Source of the DNA: Bacillota bacterium
Lineage (GTDB): Bacteria; Bacillota; SHA-98; UBA4971
Direction of reading: 5' to 3'
NCBI GenBank assembly: GCA_030024085.1
Contig: JASEJE010000012.1
Location: forward strand, 5,092-69,091
Length of the DNA: 64,000 bases
Shown: positions 39,287 to 48,168 of the stretch, piece after piece
How the letters are laid out: each line of letters opens with the position of its first letter
How positions within the stretch are numbered: the first letter of the stretch is position 1
Position numbers and translations under genes: made by a program
The notes under the pieces: model-generated
What the model was told of the DNA's origin: nothing
The model's input: the letters and a program-made list of their open reading frames with translations, nothing else
The model's database searches: none

Positions 39287-40977
39287 ATCTTTTCAGGCGC
39301 CGAAATGCCGAGGATGTCGAGGCAGTTCCGGAGAACGGTACCAACTGCTCCCGAAAGCGCGAGCCTCGCCGATGTCAGCCCGGCGTCGTCGCTTATCACC
39401 CTGCAACTATTGTAGAATGAATGGAACAATCCTGCAAGGTCCAGAGCGTACTTTGCGAGCCTGTTCGGCGCGCGATCCGCGGCGCTCGTGGCGATCTCGT
39501 CCGGGTAAGCCGCAAGTTTACGGGCGATATCGAGCTCCACCTCTTCCACGAGGCGGGACAGGTCCGCGCCGGAGGGTTCCACGATCGTGACGCCGTTCTC
39601 CTCTGCCTGTCTGAAGATGCTGCATATACGGGCATGAGCATACTGCACGTAGTATACGGGGTTCTCCTGCGACTGGCTCTTCGCGAGGTCGAGGTCGAAG
39701 TCGAGATGGCTCTCGATGTTCCGCATCAGCAGGAAATAGCGCGCCGCATCGCGCCCGACCTCGTCGACGAGGTCGTCCATGGTCACGAACTCCCCCGCCC
39801 GCTTGGACATCTTCACCCGTTCGCCGCCGGACAGGATGGACAGGAACTGGAGCAGCAGCACCTCCAGGCACTCGCCAGGGTATCCTAGCGCCTGGAGGCC
39901 GGCCCGGGTCGGTATCACGTGACCATGGTGGTCAGGCCCCCAGATGTCAATGATGAGATCGAAACCCCGTCCCAGCTTGTTCCTGTGGTATGCTATATCC
40001 CCGGCGAGATAGGTGTACTCGCCGTCGCTCTTCACGAGCACCCTGTCCTTGTCGTCGCCGAAATCGGTGGTGCGAAGCCATGTCGCCCCATCCTTCTCGT
40101 AGACCATCCCCCGCTCGCGCAGGATCCCCAACATCTCCCGGTGCGCGCCGCTTTCAACGAGCGTGCGCTCGCTGAACCACACGTCGAAGTCCACCCCGAA
40201 GCGGGCGAGCGACCGCTTCTGGCTCTCGAGCATCCTCGCGAGCGCAAATTCCCGGAAGAACCGGGTCCGCTCGTCCGCCGCCATCGCCTTGAGCTTCTCT
40301 CCGTGCTTCGCCGCCGCCTCGCGGGCAATGTCCGTGATGTACGCGCCCTGGTAGCATTTCTCGGGAAACTCGATCCTCTCACCCTGAAGCTGTCGATATC
40401 TCAGCTCCACCGATTCCCCGAGGACCGCCACCTGGTTTCCGGCATCATTGATGTAGTACTCGGTGCTCACGTCGTACCCCGCAGCCCTCATGATGCTCGC
40501 GAGGGCCGCCCCCACGGCGCCAGCCCGGGCGTTTACGACGTTCATCGGGCCGGTAGGGTTCGCGCTCACGAACTCGATCTGCACGCGCCGGCCCACCGGG
40601 GCGTCGCTCGTCCCGTAGGCGGGGCCCGCGGCGTGCACGGCGCGGATAGTGTCCTCGAGCCACGCCCGGGAGAGGAAGAAGTTTATGAACCCCGCTCCGG
40701 CCACCTCGACGCGCCGGATGTAGCAGGTTTTCCGCGCCGTCGACCTTAGAGTCTCGGCTATGCTCTCGGCGATTTGCCTCGGCGGTCGCCTGAGCTGTTT
40801 CGCAAGAGACATGGCAACAGTGGTTGAGAAGTCGCCGTAGGACTTGTCCCGCGTAAGCTCCACAGGCACATCGCACGCCTGCACGCGCCCAACCTGCACG
40901 CCCAGCTCGCTCGATGCGATGGCCTCCGATACGGCGGTCCGAATCTCGTGTCTTACGTCTTCCGTGACGTTGTGCAA
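39283..40977 (-). CDS. argS: Arginine-tRNA ligase
   Basis: SANPTGPMNV (HIGH region), VKMSKRAG (KMSKS-like), and a DALR anticodon-binding C-terminus. TTG start after a GGGAGGAGGA RBS. Confidence 0.95.
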   Translation of the reverse strand: MHNVTEDVRHEIRTAVSEAIASSELGVQVGRVQACDVPVELTRDKSYGDFSTTVAMSLAKQLRRPPRQIAESIAETLRSTARKTCYIRRVEVAGAGFINFFLSRAWLEDTIRAVHAAGPAYGTSDAPVGRRVQIEFVSANPTGPMNVVNARAGAVGAALASIMRAAGYDVSTEYYINDAGNQVAVLGESVELRYRQLQGERIEFPEKCYQGAYITDIAREAAAKHGEKLKAMAADERTRFFREFALARMLESQKRSLARFGVDFDVWFSERTLVESGAHREMLGILRERGMVYEKDGATWLRTTDFGDDKDRVLVKSDGEYTYLAGDIAYHRNKLGRGFDLIIDIWGPDHHGHVIPTRAGLQALGYPGECLEVLLLQFLSILSGGERVKMSKRAGEFVTMDDLVDEVGRDAARYFLLMRNIESHLDFDLDLAKSQSQENPVYYVQYAHARICSIFRQAEENGVTIVEPSGADLSRLVEEVELDIARKLAAYPDEIATSAADRAPNRLAKYALDLAGLFHSFYNSCRVISDDAGLTSARLALSGAVGTVLRNCLDILGISAPEKM

Positions 40978-41187
40978 CGCAGCGTCCTCCTCCCCCGCAA
41001 GGCCGGCGCCGGGTCCCGGTATGGGTCTATAGACCCATGGCAGTCCCCCGGATGTATTTGAGTTGCCTGTGGTCGCGCGGCCGGACCCGTGCCGTGACCG
41101 GACCCCTGCCCTCGCGTATCACAATAGCACCGGGGTGGCCCACGGCGCTCGCCCCTCGCCCCTCGCCCGCCCCTCGCCCACGCTGGT

Positions 41188-41196
41188 ATTATAGCA
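41188..41196 (-). promoter_or_regulatory. Candidate extended -10 (TGCTATAAT) for argS
   Basis: The minus strand reads TGCTATAAT, overlapping the M16 peptidase stop codon. It is ~210 nt upstream of the argS start. Confidence 0.35.
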
Positions 41197-42463
41197 TAGA
41201 CGCGTCGAGCGCGGCAGCCATCTCGTCCTCCTTTTCAAACGGGCCCACCGCAGCGAGGCGCATGTTCTCCTTCTTGAAGAGATCCGAGGCGACCTCGGCG
41301 ATGTCGTCCGGCGTCACTGCCTCCACTTTCGCAAGCACCTCCTCCACAGGCACGATCTTGCCGGTGAGCACCATGTGCTCACCGTTGCGGAGAGCGAGGT
41401 TGAGCGTGTCCTCCAGGCGCAGCGCAAGGCTCCCCTTGTAGAAATCCTTCGCCTTTCGAAGCTCATCGTCTCCGATCCTTTCGTCGCGCAACCGCACAAG
41501 CTGTTGCAGGATCACGGCCACTGTGTCACTGCCCCTGGCCGGATCTACACCTGCATATACCCGCAGAATCCCGGCGTCGAGGTGCGCCGAGTACTGAGAT
41601 CCTACCGAGTAGGCGAGGCTCCGCTTCACCCGAATCTCCTGAAACAGCCTGGAACTCATGCCCCACCCGAGCACGGCGTTCAGGATCTCCAGGGCGTAGC
41701 GGCGCGGGTGAAGTCGCTCGTAGCCCGGAAAGCCCAGGACGAGGTTGGCCTGCTTGGTGTCACGCTTCTCGACCTTCGCAAGAGGCCCCTTCGTGGTGAA
41801 CCGGGCAGGAGCGAAATCCCTGCGCTTCTTCCCCGACTGCGCTGCGAAGTGGCCCGCCGCCGCATCTCCGACCTCCCTGGCGGTCACCTTGCCCGCGACT
41901 GACATCACCATGTTAGCCGGCTGATACAGGGACTGGAAATAGTCGAGCACCTTCTCCCGGCTCAGGGAGCGGATGACTTCCTCCGTGCCGGCAACGCTGC
42001 GCCCGAGAGGCTGGTCCGGCCACATCATCTCCTCGAGGAGAACGTGGACCCACGTGTCGGGCCTGTCCCTCACCATCCTGATCTCCTCTATGACAACCCC
42101 GCGCTCCATTTCGAGGGCCGCCGGATCGAAGAGCGAGTGAAGGACCATGTCCGCAAGGACGTCCAGTCCGAGCCCGAAACGCTCCGAGGGCACCTTCACC
42201 AGAAAGCACGTGGTCTCCTTGTTCGTAAACCCGTTTATCATGCCCCCGACTCCCTCGATGCCTTCGGAGATCTTGAGGTTGCTGTCGCGCTTTTGCGTGC
42301 CCTTGAAGAGCATGTGCTCGATGAAATGGGAGATCCCGTTTGTCTCAGGATCCTCATACCTGGCCCCCGCCCCGATCCAGACCGTTACCGACCCGGACCT
42401 CATGTGGGGCATTTCATCGGTTACCACGCGAAGGCCGTTGTCCAGGGTCTCAACTGACACCAC
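41189..42463 (-). CDS. M16-family (insulinase/pitrilysin-like) zinc peptidase
   Basis: HFIEHMLFKGT is the inverted HxxEH zinc motif. Length is 424 aa. Confidence 0.92.
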   Translation of the reverse strand: MVSVETLDNGLRVVTDEMPHMRSGSVTVWIGAGARYEDPETNGISHFIEHMLFKGTQKRDSNLKISEGIEGVGGMINGFTNKETTCFLVKVPSERFGLGLDVLADMVLHSLFDPAALEMERGVVIEEIRMVRDRPDTWVHVLLEEMMWPDQPLGRSVAGTEEVIRSLSREKVLDYFQSLYQPANMVMSVAGKVTAREVGDAAAGHFAAQSGKKRRDFAPARFTTKGPLAKVEKRDTKQANLVLGFPGYERLHPRRYALEILNAVLGWGMSSRLFQEIRVKRSLAYSVGSQYSAHLDAGILRVYAGVDPARGSDTVAVILQQLVRLRDERIGDDELRKAKDFYKGSLALRLEDTLNLALRNGEHMVLTGKIVPVEEVLAKVEAVTPDDIAEVASDLFKKENMRLAAVGPFEKEDEMAAALDASML

Positions 42464-43071
42464 GGTAGTCCATCCTCCTTTGACGCCGCTGTCACAGGTC
42501 GCCCCGCGACCATCTATTAGGTTTTCCGTCCCATTCGAAGATCACGCGAGGTTCCTCCCAGGTTTCCCTGAGGGTTTGTCAGTTCCTCCCTGTAGCTCCT
42601 CCCCGTTTTCCAGCGGTTGCCGGGCTCGTCGTGTCGCGCTCGGGAGCGGCGCCGCAGGCGGGGCGCGCTTCGCCGGAATCCGGCCCGTCCGGCAGCACTC
42701 GGATCTTGCTGGACCGTTCGGCCGGGGAATCACTGCCGTCAGCGGCCTTCGACTCCATGATCCCGGCGACGAATGCGCGTGTGACAGGACGGTATCGGGA
42801 AAACCTTACTAATGGGGCGTTTCGACGCGCCATCCGGGTTCCCTGCATTTCTACAGGAGTGCCAAAACTTGCACTTCTAGAAGGAAATGACCGCTATGCG
42901 CAGAATATTGATTGAAGCGAAGATTACCCAATCTTATCACGCATAACTCACAAGACTGAAGGGAGGTGGGCGGTGGTCAGGTCACGATAAGGAGTCTTCG
43001 TGAAGCCGTCTGATGCTCAGAGTTCCGGGAATCTCGAGAGAGCGCACGTGAGCAACGAAGGAGGTAGAGCA

Positions 43072-44754
43072 ATGTTCCATAGAGGCCGCATGACAGTCGT
43101 GTTGTTGCTGGTGGCTGCCATGGTGATCGGAAGCACGGCGCTTGCCGGCGGCGAAGAGCAGAAGCCCAAGTACGGCGGCATCTGGAAAGACGCCCTCGGC
43201 GCAGATCCCCCTGACCTGGACCCGGTGATGGCGACTGACACCACTTCCGCGGAGGTCGGCTACCAGGTATTCGAGACCCTGGTTGCAATCGACCCCGATG
43301 GTGAGCTTGCGCCGCTGCTGGCGGAGTCGTGGAAGGCTTCCGCCGACGGCAAGACCTTCACGTTCAAGCTCCGCAAGGGGGTCCACTTCCACAGGACCAC
43401 CGAGGGCGGCAAGCCCACGGCCAACGGCGGCCGCGAGGTCACCGCGGACGACTGGGTGTGGACGTTCAACTACATCTGCGACCCGAAGACCAACTCCCCG
43501 CGCGCGTACTTCATCGACATGGTGAAGGGGTACAAGGAGTTCCGCGACGGTAAGGCTCAGTCGATCTCGGGCATCAAGGCTCTCGACAAGTACACGCTCC
43601 AGATCGAGACCACCTACCCGTTCGCACCGTTCATCGCTGTGCTGAGCTACAACACCTTCGTGGTCCTGCCCAGGGAAGACGTGTTGAAATGGGGCAAGGA
43701 CTGGAACTTCCACGTGGTGGGCACCGGCCCGTTCAAGTTCGAATCGTGGAAGCACGATGACAAGCTCGTGCTATCCCGCAACGAGGATTACTGGATGAAG
43801 GACAAGTGGGGCAACAGGCTGCCTTACCTCGACGGCATCGAGTTCAGGATCATAACTGACGCCACCATTGAGTGGACGGAATTCAAGCTCGGCAACCTCT
43901 ATGCCGCCACCGTGGACGACCCGTACTACCCCGAAGCGTCCAAGGGCCTCAAAGTGATCAAAGGCGTGAAGACCGCCGTGAACGAACTCGGCACCTACCT
44001 CGAGAGGCCGCAGCTTGGTACCTACTACTACGGCATGAACCAGACGCTCCCGCCGTTCAAGGACAACAAGTACCTCAGGCAGGCGTTCAACTACGCCATC
44101 AACAGGCAGGCCCTCATCGACTTCGTGCTCAACGGCCGCGCCATGCCTGCCAAGGGTGTGCTGCCTCCAGGCATGTTCGCCTATAACGAGAACCTCAAAG
44201 GGTACACCTACGACCCGAAGATGGCGAAGGAACTCCTCAAGAAGGCAGGATATCCCAAGGGCATCCAGGTGACACTCCAGTATAACACGAGCCAGGGGCA
44301 CAAGAGGATAGCCGAGGCTCTCCAGGCCCAGTTCGGCCAGGCGGGCATCAAGATCGACCTCAAGAACGTGGACTGGGGCGCCCACCTCGATACGTGCGGT
44401 ACCCAGGGCAGCGTGCCGTTCTTCAGGATGGGCTGGGTCGTCGACTATCCTGACCCGGACAACTTCCTCTACGTGCTGCTGAACTCCGACAACATTGGAG
44501 ACGCAGGCAACTATACGAGGTATCAGAACCCTCTCTTCGACGACCTCACGAAGCAGGCCAGGCTCGCCACCGACCAGGAGGTCCGGAGGAAACTCTACCA
44601 GAAGGCCGAGCAGATCGCCGTCGAGGATGCACCATGGGTCTTCATTTACCACTACACGAGCCACAACATGCTGAAGCCGTTCGTGCGCGGTTACAGGCTC
44701 CCGTCGTTCGGCCAGTACTGCAACAAGTTCACGGAGATCTGGCTCGATCTGTAA
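43072..44754 (+). CDS. ABC transporter family-5 solute-binding protein (canonical domain order)
   Basis: RBS AAGGAGG and signal peptide MFHRGRMTVVLLLVAAMVIGSTALAG. It has the canonical order: LDPVMATDTTS...LAESWKASADGKTFTFKLRKG...GWVVDYPDPDNFL... The ORF is open from 43000. Confidence 0.92.
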   Translation: MFHRGRMTVVLLLVAAMVIGSTALAGGEEQKPKYGGIWKDALGADPPDLDPVMATDTTSAEVGYQVFETLVAIDPDGELAPLLAESWKASADGKTFTFKLRKGVHFHRTTEGGKPTANGGREVTADDWVWTFNYICDPKTNSPRAYFIDMVKGYKEFRDGKAQSISGIKALDKYTLQIETTYPFAPFIAVLSYNTFVVLPREDVLKWGKDWNFHVVGTGPFKFESWKHDDKLVLSRNEDYWMKDKWGNRLPYLDGIEFRIITDATIEWTEFKLGNLYAATVDDPYYPEASKGLKVIKGVKTAVNELGTYLERPQLGTYYYGMNQTLPPFKDNKYLRQAFNYAINRQALIDFVLNGRAMPAKGVLPPGMFAYNENLKGYTYDPKMAKELLKKAGYPKGIQVTLQYNTSQGHKRIAEALQAQFGQAGIKIDLKNVDWGAHLDTCGTQGSVPFFRMGWVVDYPDPDNFLYVLLNSDNIGDAGNYTRYQNPLFDDLTKQARLATDQEVRRKLYQKAEQIAVEDAPWVFIYHYTSHNMLKPFVRGYRLPSFGQYCNKFTEIWLDL

Positions 44755-44767
44755 TCGCGAGGTATCC

Positions 44768-44791
44768 GAGTCTGAGTCTGAGTCTGAGTCT
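44768..44791. repeat. Hexanucleotide microsatellite (GAGTCT)x4
   Basis: A perfect four-unit tandem repeat 14 nt after the SBP stop codon. Confidence 0.9.
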
Positions 44792-44796
44792 GGATT

Positions 44797-44878
44797 CGTG
44801 AGTGTGCGCCAAGCGTGAGTTCAGGAATCCATGCCGGTCTGGGAGAAGCTTCCGGGTCGCCGGTGTTTGCACGACGAG
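44797..44878. repeat. Half-copy of the type-2 palindromic element (reverse orientation)
   Basis: GTGAGTTCAGGAATCCATGCCGGTCTGGGAGAAGCTTCCGGGTCGCCGGTGTTTGCACGACG is approximately the reverse complement of the right arm of copy B (33901-33968). Confidence 0.75.
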
Positions 44879-44907
44879 ACCCCTGGAATCGGGTATGCCC
44901 GAATGCC

Positions 44908-45118
44908 TAAGTATGGCGCCATAAGTTTTCGCCACTTTTCTTGAGGGTGTTAGGGTTGCCGGTGCTTGCTAGGGCGGGGCGCCTGGAATTTGGCTGGCCC
45001 GTGTGCCAAATTCGAACGAGGCGCGCCGCGAGCGCGCCGTCCCCGGAGTGCAAGCACCGGCAACCCTGGAGGGCCCCTGCACGCCGAAAAGCAGCGCGGA
45101 TTTCTGGCGATGTACTTA
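44908..45118. repeat. Palindromic intergenic element, copy C (type 1, 211 bp)
   Basis: TAAGTATGGCGCCATAAG...GTTGCCGGTGCTTGC...GGAATTTGGC...GCCAAATTCG...GCAAGCACCGGCAAC...GGCGATGTACTTA. The arms pair into a ~100-bp imperfect hairpin. By eye it is roughly 85% identical to copy D. Confidence 0.85.
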
Positions 45119-45224
45119 GTCCCATGGAAGCGGGTGGAGGCGGGCCGCAACCGCGCCGCCCCTTGAGTGCAACACCGGCACCCCCCGGAAGAGCAGAAAC
45201 GTCCGAGGGAGGCTGGTTTCGGCC

Positions 45225-46145
45225 GTGGGAAGGTACATAGTGCGCAGGTTGCTCGCTGTGATCCCCGTTCTCGCTGGGGTGATCCTGGTCGTGTTCATCC
45301 TCAGCACCGTCGTGCCGGGAGATCCCGCCAGGATCCTCTCCGGTCAGAGGGGCGATCCCGAGACCATCGAGCGGATCCGGCGCGAGATGGGCCTCGACCG
45401 GCCGTGGTACATCCAGATGGCCAAGTTCTTCAGGGACGCCATCACATTCGACCTGGGACGGTCCTACCGGAATAACATGAAGGTCACCCAGGCATTGGCT
45501 GACAGGATCCCGGCCTCGGCGAAGCTGGCGGGAGCGGCTCTCCTGGTTGCCGTGCCTTTCGGGATGGTGCTCGGCATCACATCGGCGGTCAAGCAATACT
45601 CCATCTGGGACTACGCCAGCATGATCCTTGCCCTTCTCGGAGTCTCGGTGCCCGTGTTCTTCTTCGGGCTTCTCATGATCGTGGTGTTCTGCGTCAGACT
45701 CGGGTGGCTCCCTGGCACCGGCTATGGGGGCCTGCGTTATCTCATCCTTCCCGCCATAACCCTGGGTCTACGGCCCGCCGCCCTCATTGCCCGGATCACT
45801 CGATCGAGCATGCTGGAAGTCGTACGGCAGGACTACATAAGGACCGCCCGCTCGAAGGGGGTCCCCGAGGGGTCCGTGGTGTGGAGACACGCTCTGCGGA
45901 ACGCCATGATCCCCGTGATCACCGTCATAGGCGTGGACGTGCCCAGCCTGTTGAGCGGCGCCATGCTCACCGAGACCATTTTCTGCTGGCCAGGGATCGG
46001 CAGGCTTGCCGTCGAAGCCGTGATAAACCGGGACTTCCCGATCCAGCGAGGGGTTGTGCTCTTCATGGCCCTTGTTTTCCTCGGGGCAACTCTCATCGTT
46101 GACCTGTCCTACGGGTTCTTCGACCCGAGGGTACGTTACGAGTAG
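45225..46145 (+). CDS. Peptide ABC transporter permease (DppB-like)
   Basis: GRYIVRRLLAVIPVLAGVILVVFIL...PGDP N-terminus. GTG start after a GAGGGAGG RBS. Confidence 0.9.
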   Translation: MGRYIVRRLLAVIPVLAGVILVVFILSTVVPGDPARILSGQRGDPETIERIRREMGLDRPWYIQMAKFFRDAITFDLGRSYRNNMKVTQALADRIPASAKLAGAALLVAVPFGMVLGITSAVKQYSIWDYASMILALLGVSVPVFFFGLLMIVVFCVRLGWLPGTGYGGLRYLILPAITLGLRPAALIARITRSSMLEVVRQDYIRTARSKGVPEGSVVWRHALRNAMIPVITVIGVDVPSLLSGAMLTETIFCWPGIGRLAVEAVINRDFPIQRGVVLFMALVFLGATLIVDLSYGFFDPRVRYE

Positions 46146-46159
46146 GAGGACGGCACAAC

Positions 46160-47131
46160 ATGTCGGATACCGGAACCAGGATTCCAGAAGCCGGCGGCGC
46201 CACAGTGCCCCCCAGCGGGGCCTGGGCGACCGCTGCCCGCAAGGCAGGCAAGGCCGATAAGGAAGAGGTGGGCCGGAGCCTCTGGTACTACGCGTGGCTG
46301 CGTCTCAAGAGAAACAAATCGGCCATGTTCGGTCTCGCCCTTGTCCTACTGATAGTGTTGTCCGCGGTCTTCGCGCCCTGGGTAACCAGGTATGATCCCA
46401 TCGAACAGCTCATCTGGACGGAAGGCGCTTCAGCGCAGCTTGCTCCCCCGAGCGCAAAGCACTGGTTCGGGACTGACCTGTACGGCCGGGACGTGTTCTC
46501 CCGGGTGGTCTACGGCACGCGCGTGTCCCTCAGGCTGGCCCTCGCCGCGACGGTCATCTCGGTGGGCATCGGCACTGCTCTTGGGGCGCTCGCAGGCTAC
46601 TACGGAGGGTTCATCGACGATGTGGTATCGTGGCTCATAAGCGTGATCTTCGCCTTCCCATTCCTGCTGTTCGTCATAGCAATAGTCGCGTACCTCCCCC
46701 CCAGCGATACTCTGGTGTACACCGCGATCGGCGTGGTATCGTGGATAGGGGTGGCGAGGATCGTGAGGGGCCAGGTGATGGCCATCAAGGAGACGGAGTT
46801 CGTTCAGGCCGCTGTGGCTTCGGGTGCGAGCGATGCGAGGATCATCTTCAAGCACATATTGCCCAACGTAATCGCGCCTGTGATCGTGTCGGCCACCCTC
46901 GGAATGGGCGGGATCGTCATGCTCGAAGCCGGTTTGACCTTCCTGGGGTTCGGTACCCAGCCGCCCACCCCGAGCTGGGGATACATGATCTCGCGAGGCC
47001 AGGAGTACCTGCTCGCAGGCAAATGGTGGTGGTCAGTGTTCCCGGGCATCGCCATATGCGTGACCGTGCTCGGCTTCAACCTGCTGGGCGACGGCCTGCG
47101 CGATGCGCTGGACCCCAGGCTAAAGCAGTAG
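46160..47131 (+). CDS. Peptide ABC transporter permease (DppC-like)
   Basis: OppC-type N-terminal region (LRLKRNKSAMFGL) and a BPD-transporter domain. Confidence 0.9.
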   Translation: MSDTGTRIPEAGGATVPPSGAWATAARKAGKADKEEVGRSLWYYAWLRLKRNKSAMFGLALVLLIVLSAVFAPWVTRYDPIEQLIWTEGASAQLAPPSAKHWFGTDLYGRDVFSRVVYGTRVSLRLALAATVISVGIGTALGALAGYYGGFIDDVVSWLISVIFAFPFLLFVIAIVAYLPPSDTLVYTAIGVVSWIGVARIVRGQVMAIKETEFVQAAVASGASDARIIFKHILPNVIAPVIVSATLGMGGIVMLEAGLTFLGFGTQPPTPSWGYMISRGQEYLLAGKWWWSVFPGIAICVTVLGFNLLGDGLRDALDPRLKQ

Positions 47132-47238
47132 ACCAGGGGAGCGAGGAACGGCCGCAAGCGAACCTGGCGGTGCCTGCCGCGCGCCTGCCGCGCGCGAAAA
47201 CCATCGGCATTCGCGAGGGACGTGCGAGATCGGCAGTC

Positions 47239-47447
47239 TAGGTATGGCGCCATAAGTTTGCGACACTTTTTCTGAGGGCGTTAGGGTTGCCGGTGCTTGC
47301 TAGGGCGGGGCGTCTAGAATTTGGCTAGCCTTAAGCGCCAAATTCGAACGCATCTCACCGCACGCGCCGTCCCCGGAGGGCAACACCGGCAACGCTGGAG
47401 AGGACTTGCGCGCTGAAAAGTAGCGCGAATTTGTGGCGATCTACTTA
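47239..47447. repeat. Palindromic intergenic element, copy D (type 1, 209 bp)
   Basis: TAGGTATGGCGCCATAAGTTTGCGAC...GTTGCCGGTGCTTGCTAGGGCGGGGCG...GGCAACACCGGCAAC...GGCGATCTACTTA. Its terminal TTA is the stop codon (TAA) of V-ATPase subunit D. Confidence 0.85.
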
Positions 47448-48077
47448 CGCCTGTTTCGCCCGCACGATGTCCTTCACCTTCATGAGCCGCGTGAGGTTTC
47501 CGCGTTCCATCTCGTCCAGCTTCATCGTGATGTACCGGGCCGTGCTCCGGAGGTTCGGTATGAGCACGTACTCGAGCGCGTTGACGCGGCGCCTCGTCTT
47601 CTCGATCTCGTCCGCCAGGAGCTCGATGGACTTCTCCACCTCGGCGAGTTCCGCCATCATGGGAAGCAGTTCGGCGAGGCCCGCCACGGCGTCATCGAGC
47701 GACGCGCTTGTGCCGTGGAACCCGTACGGGTAGATGTCACTGGCCTTCTCGCCGCGCCACGTGAACTCGGGCACCCTCACGTTCATGATGGTCGTGGTGG
47801 ACACGTCGACACCGCATGACACCTTGGGCGCCATGAAGGCCTCCTCCAGCGCCTCGCCTGACATGGCGGCCCTGGCCTGGAGGAAAGCGGGCAGCGCTCG
47901 GCCGAGGCCAGCCTCCACACGCCCGCGCAGGGCCTGCTCCTTCTTTATGAGGTCCAGGAACCTCTTCATGAGTTCGTCACGCTTGTCCTTGAGCAGTTTA
48001 TGCCCGCGCTCAGCCATTGCGAGGCGCTTCTTGAGCCTCAGAAGCTGCATGCGGGTAGGGCTCACTCTGACCTCCAT
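47445..48077 (-). CDS. atpD: V-type ATP synthase subunit D
   Basis: MEVRVSPTRMQLLRLKKRLAMAERGHKLLKDKRDEL is the typical V/A-type D subunit N-terminus. Confidence 0.93.
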   Translation of the reverse strand: MEVRVSPTRMQLLRLKKRLAMAERGHKLLKDKRDELMKRFLDLIKKEQALRGRVEAGLGRALPAFLQARAAMSGEALEEAFMAPKVSCGVDVSTTTIMNVRVPEFTWRGEKASDIYPYGFHGTSASLDDAVAGLAELLPMMAELAEVEKSIELLADEIEKTRRRVNALEYVLIPNLRSTARYITMKLDEMERGNLTRLMKVKDIVRAKQA

Positions 48078-48168
48078 CAGCGCACCGCACCGGCGCCCCC
48101 GGCCTCCGTCGCCGAACGGGGCGCGCCTCGCGGTTCCCTCCCTTTCACATGGCCCGCCGGCCAGCCGC

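Noticed and set aside
40978-41188. T-box riboswitch upstream of argS.
   Set aside because: I found no AAnnnGGGTGGTACCGCG-like T-box sequence on the argS strand. A GGGTGGCCCACGGCG-like string occurs only on the opposite strand, where no gene follows.
42579-42848. 89-aa minus-strand ORF and the 42147-42812 plus-strand ORF in the gap upstream of the M16 peptidase gene.
   Set aside because: No RBS, wrong-frame-like composition and no motif. The region more likely holds the divergent promoters for the M16 peptidase gene and the second SBP gene.
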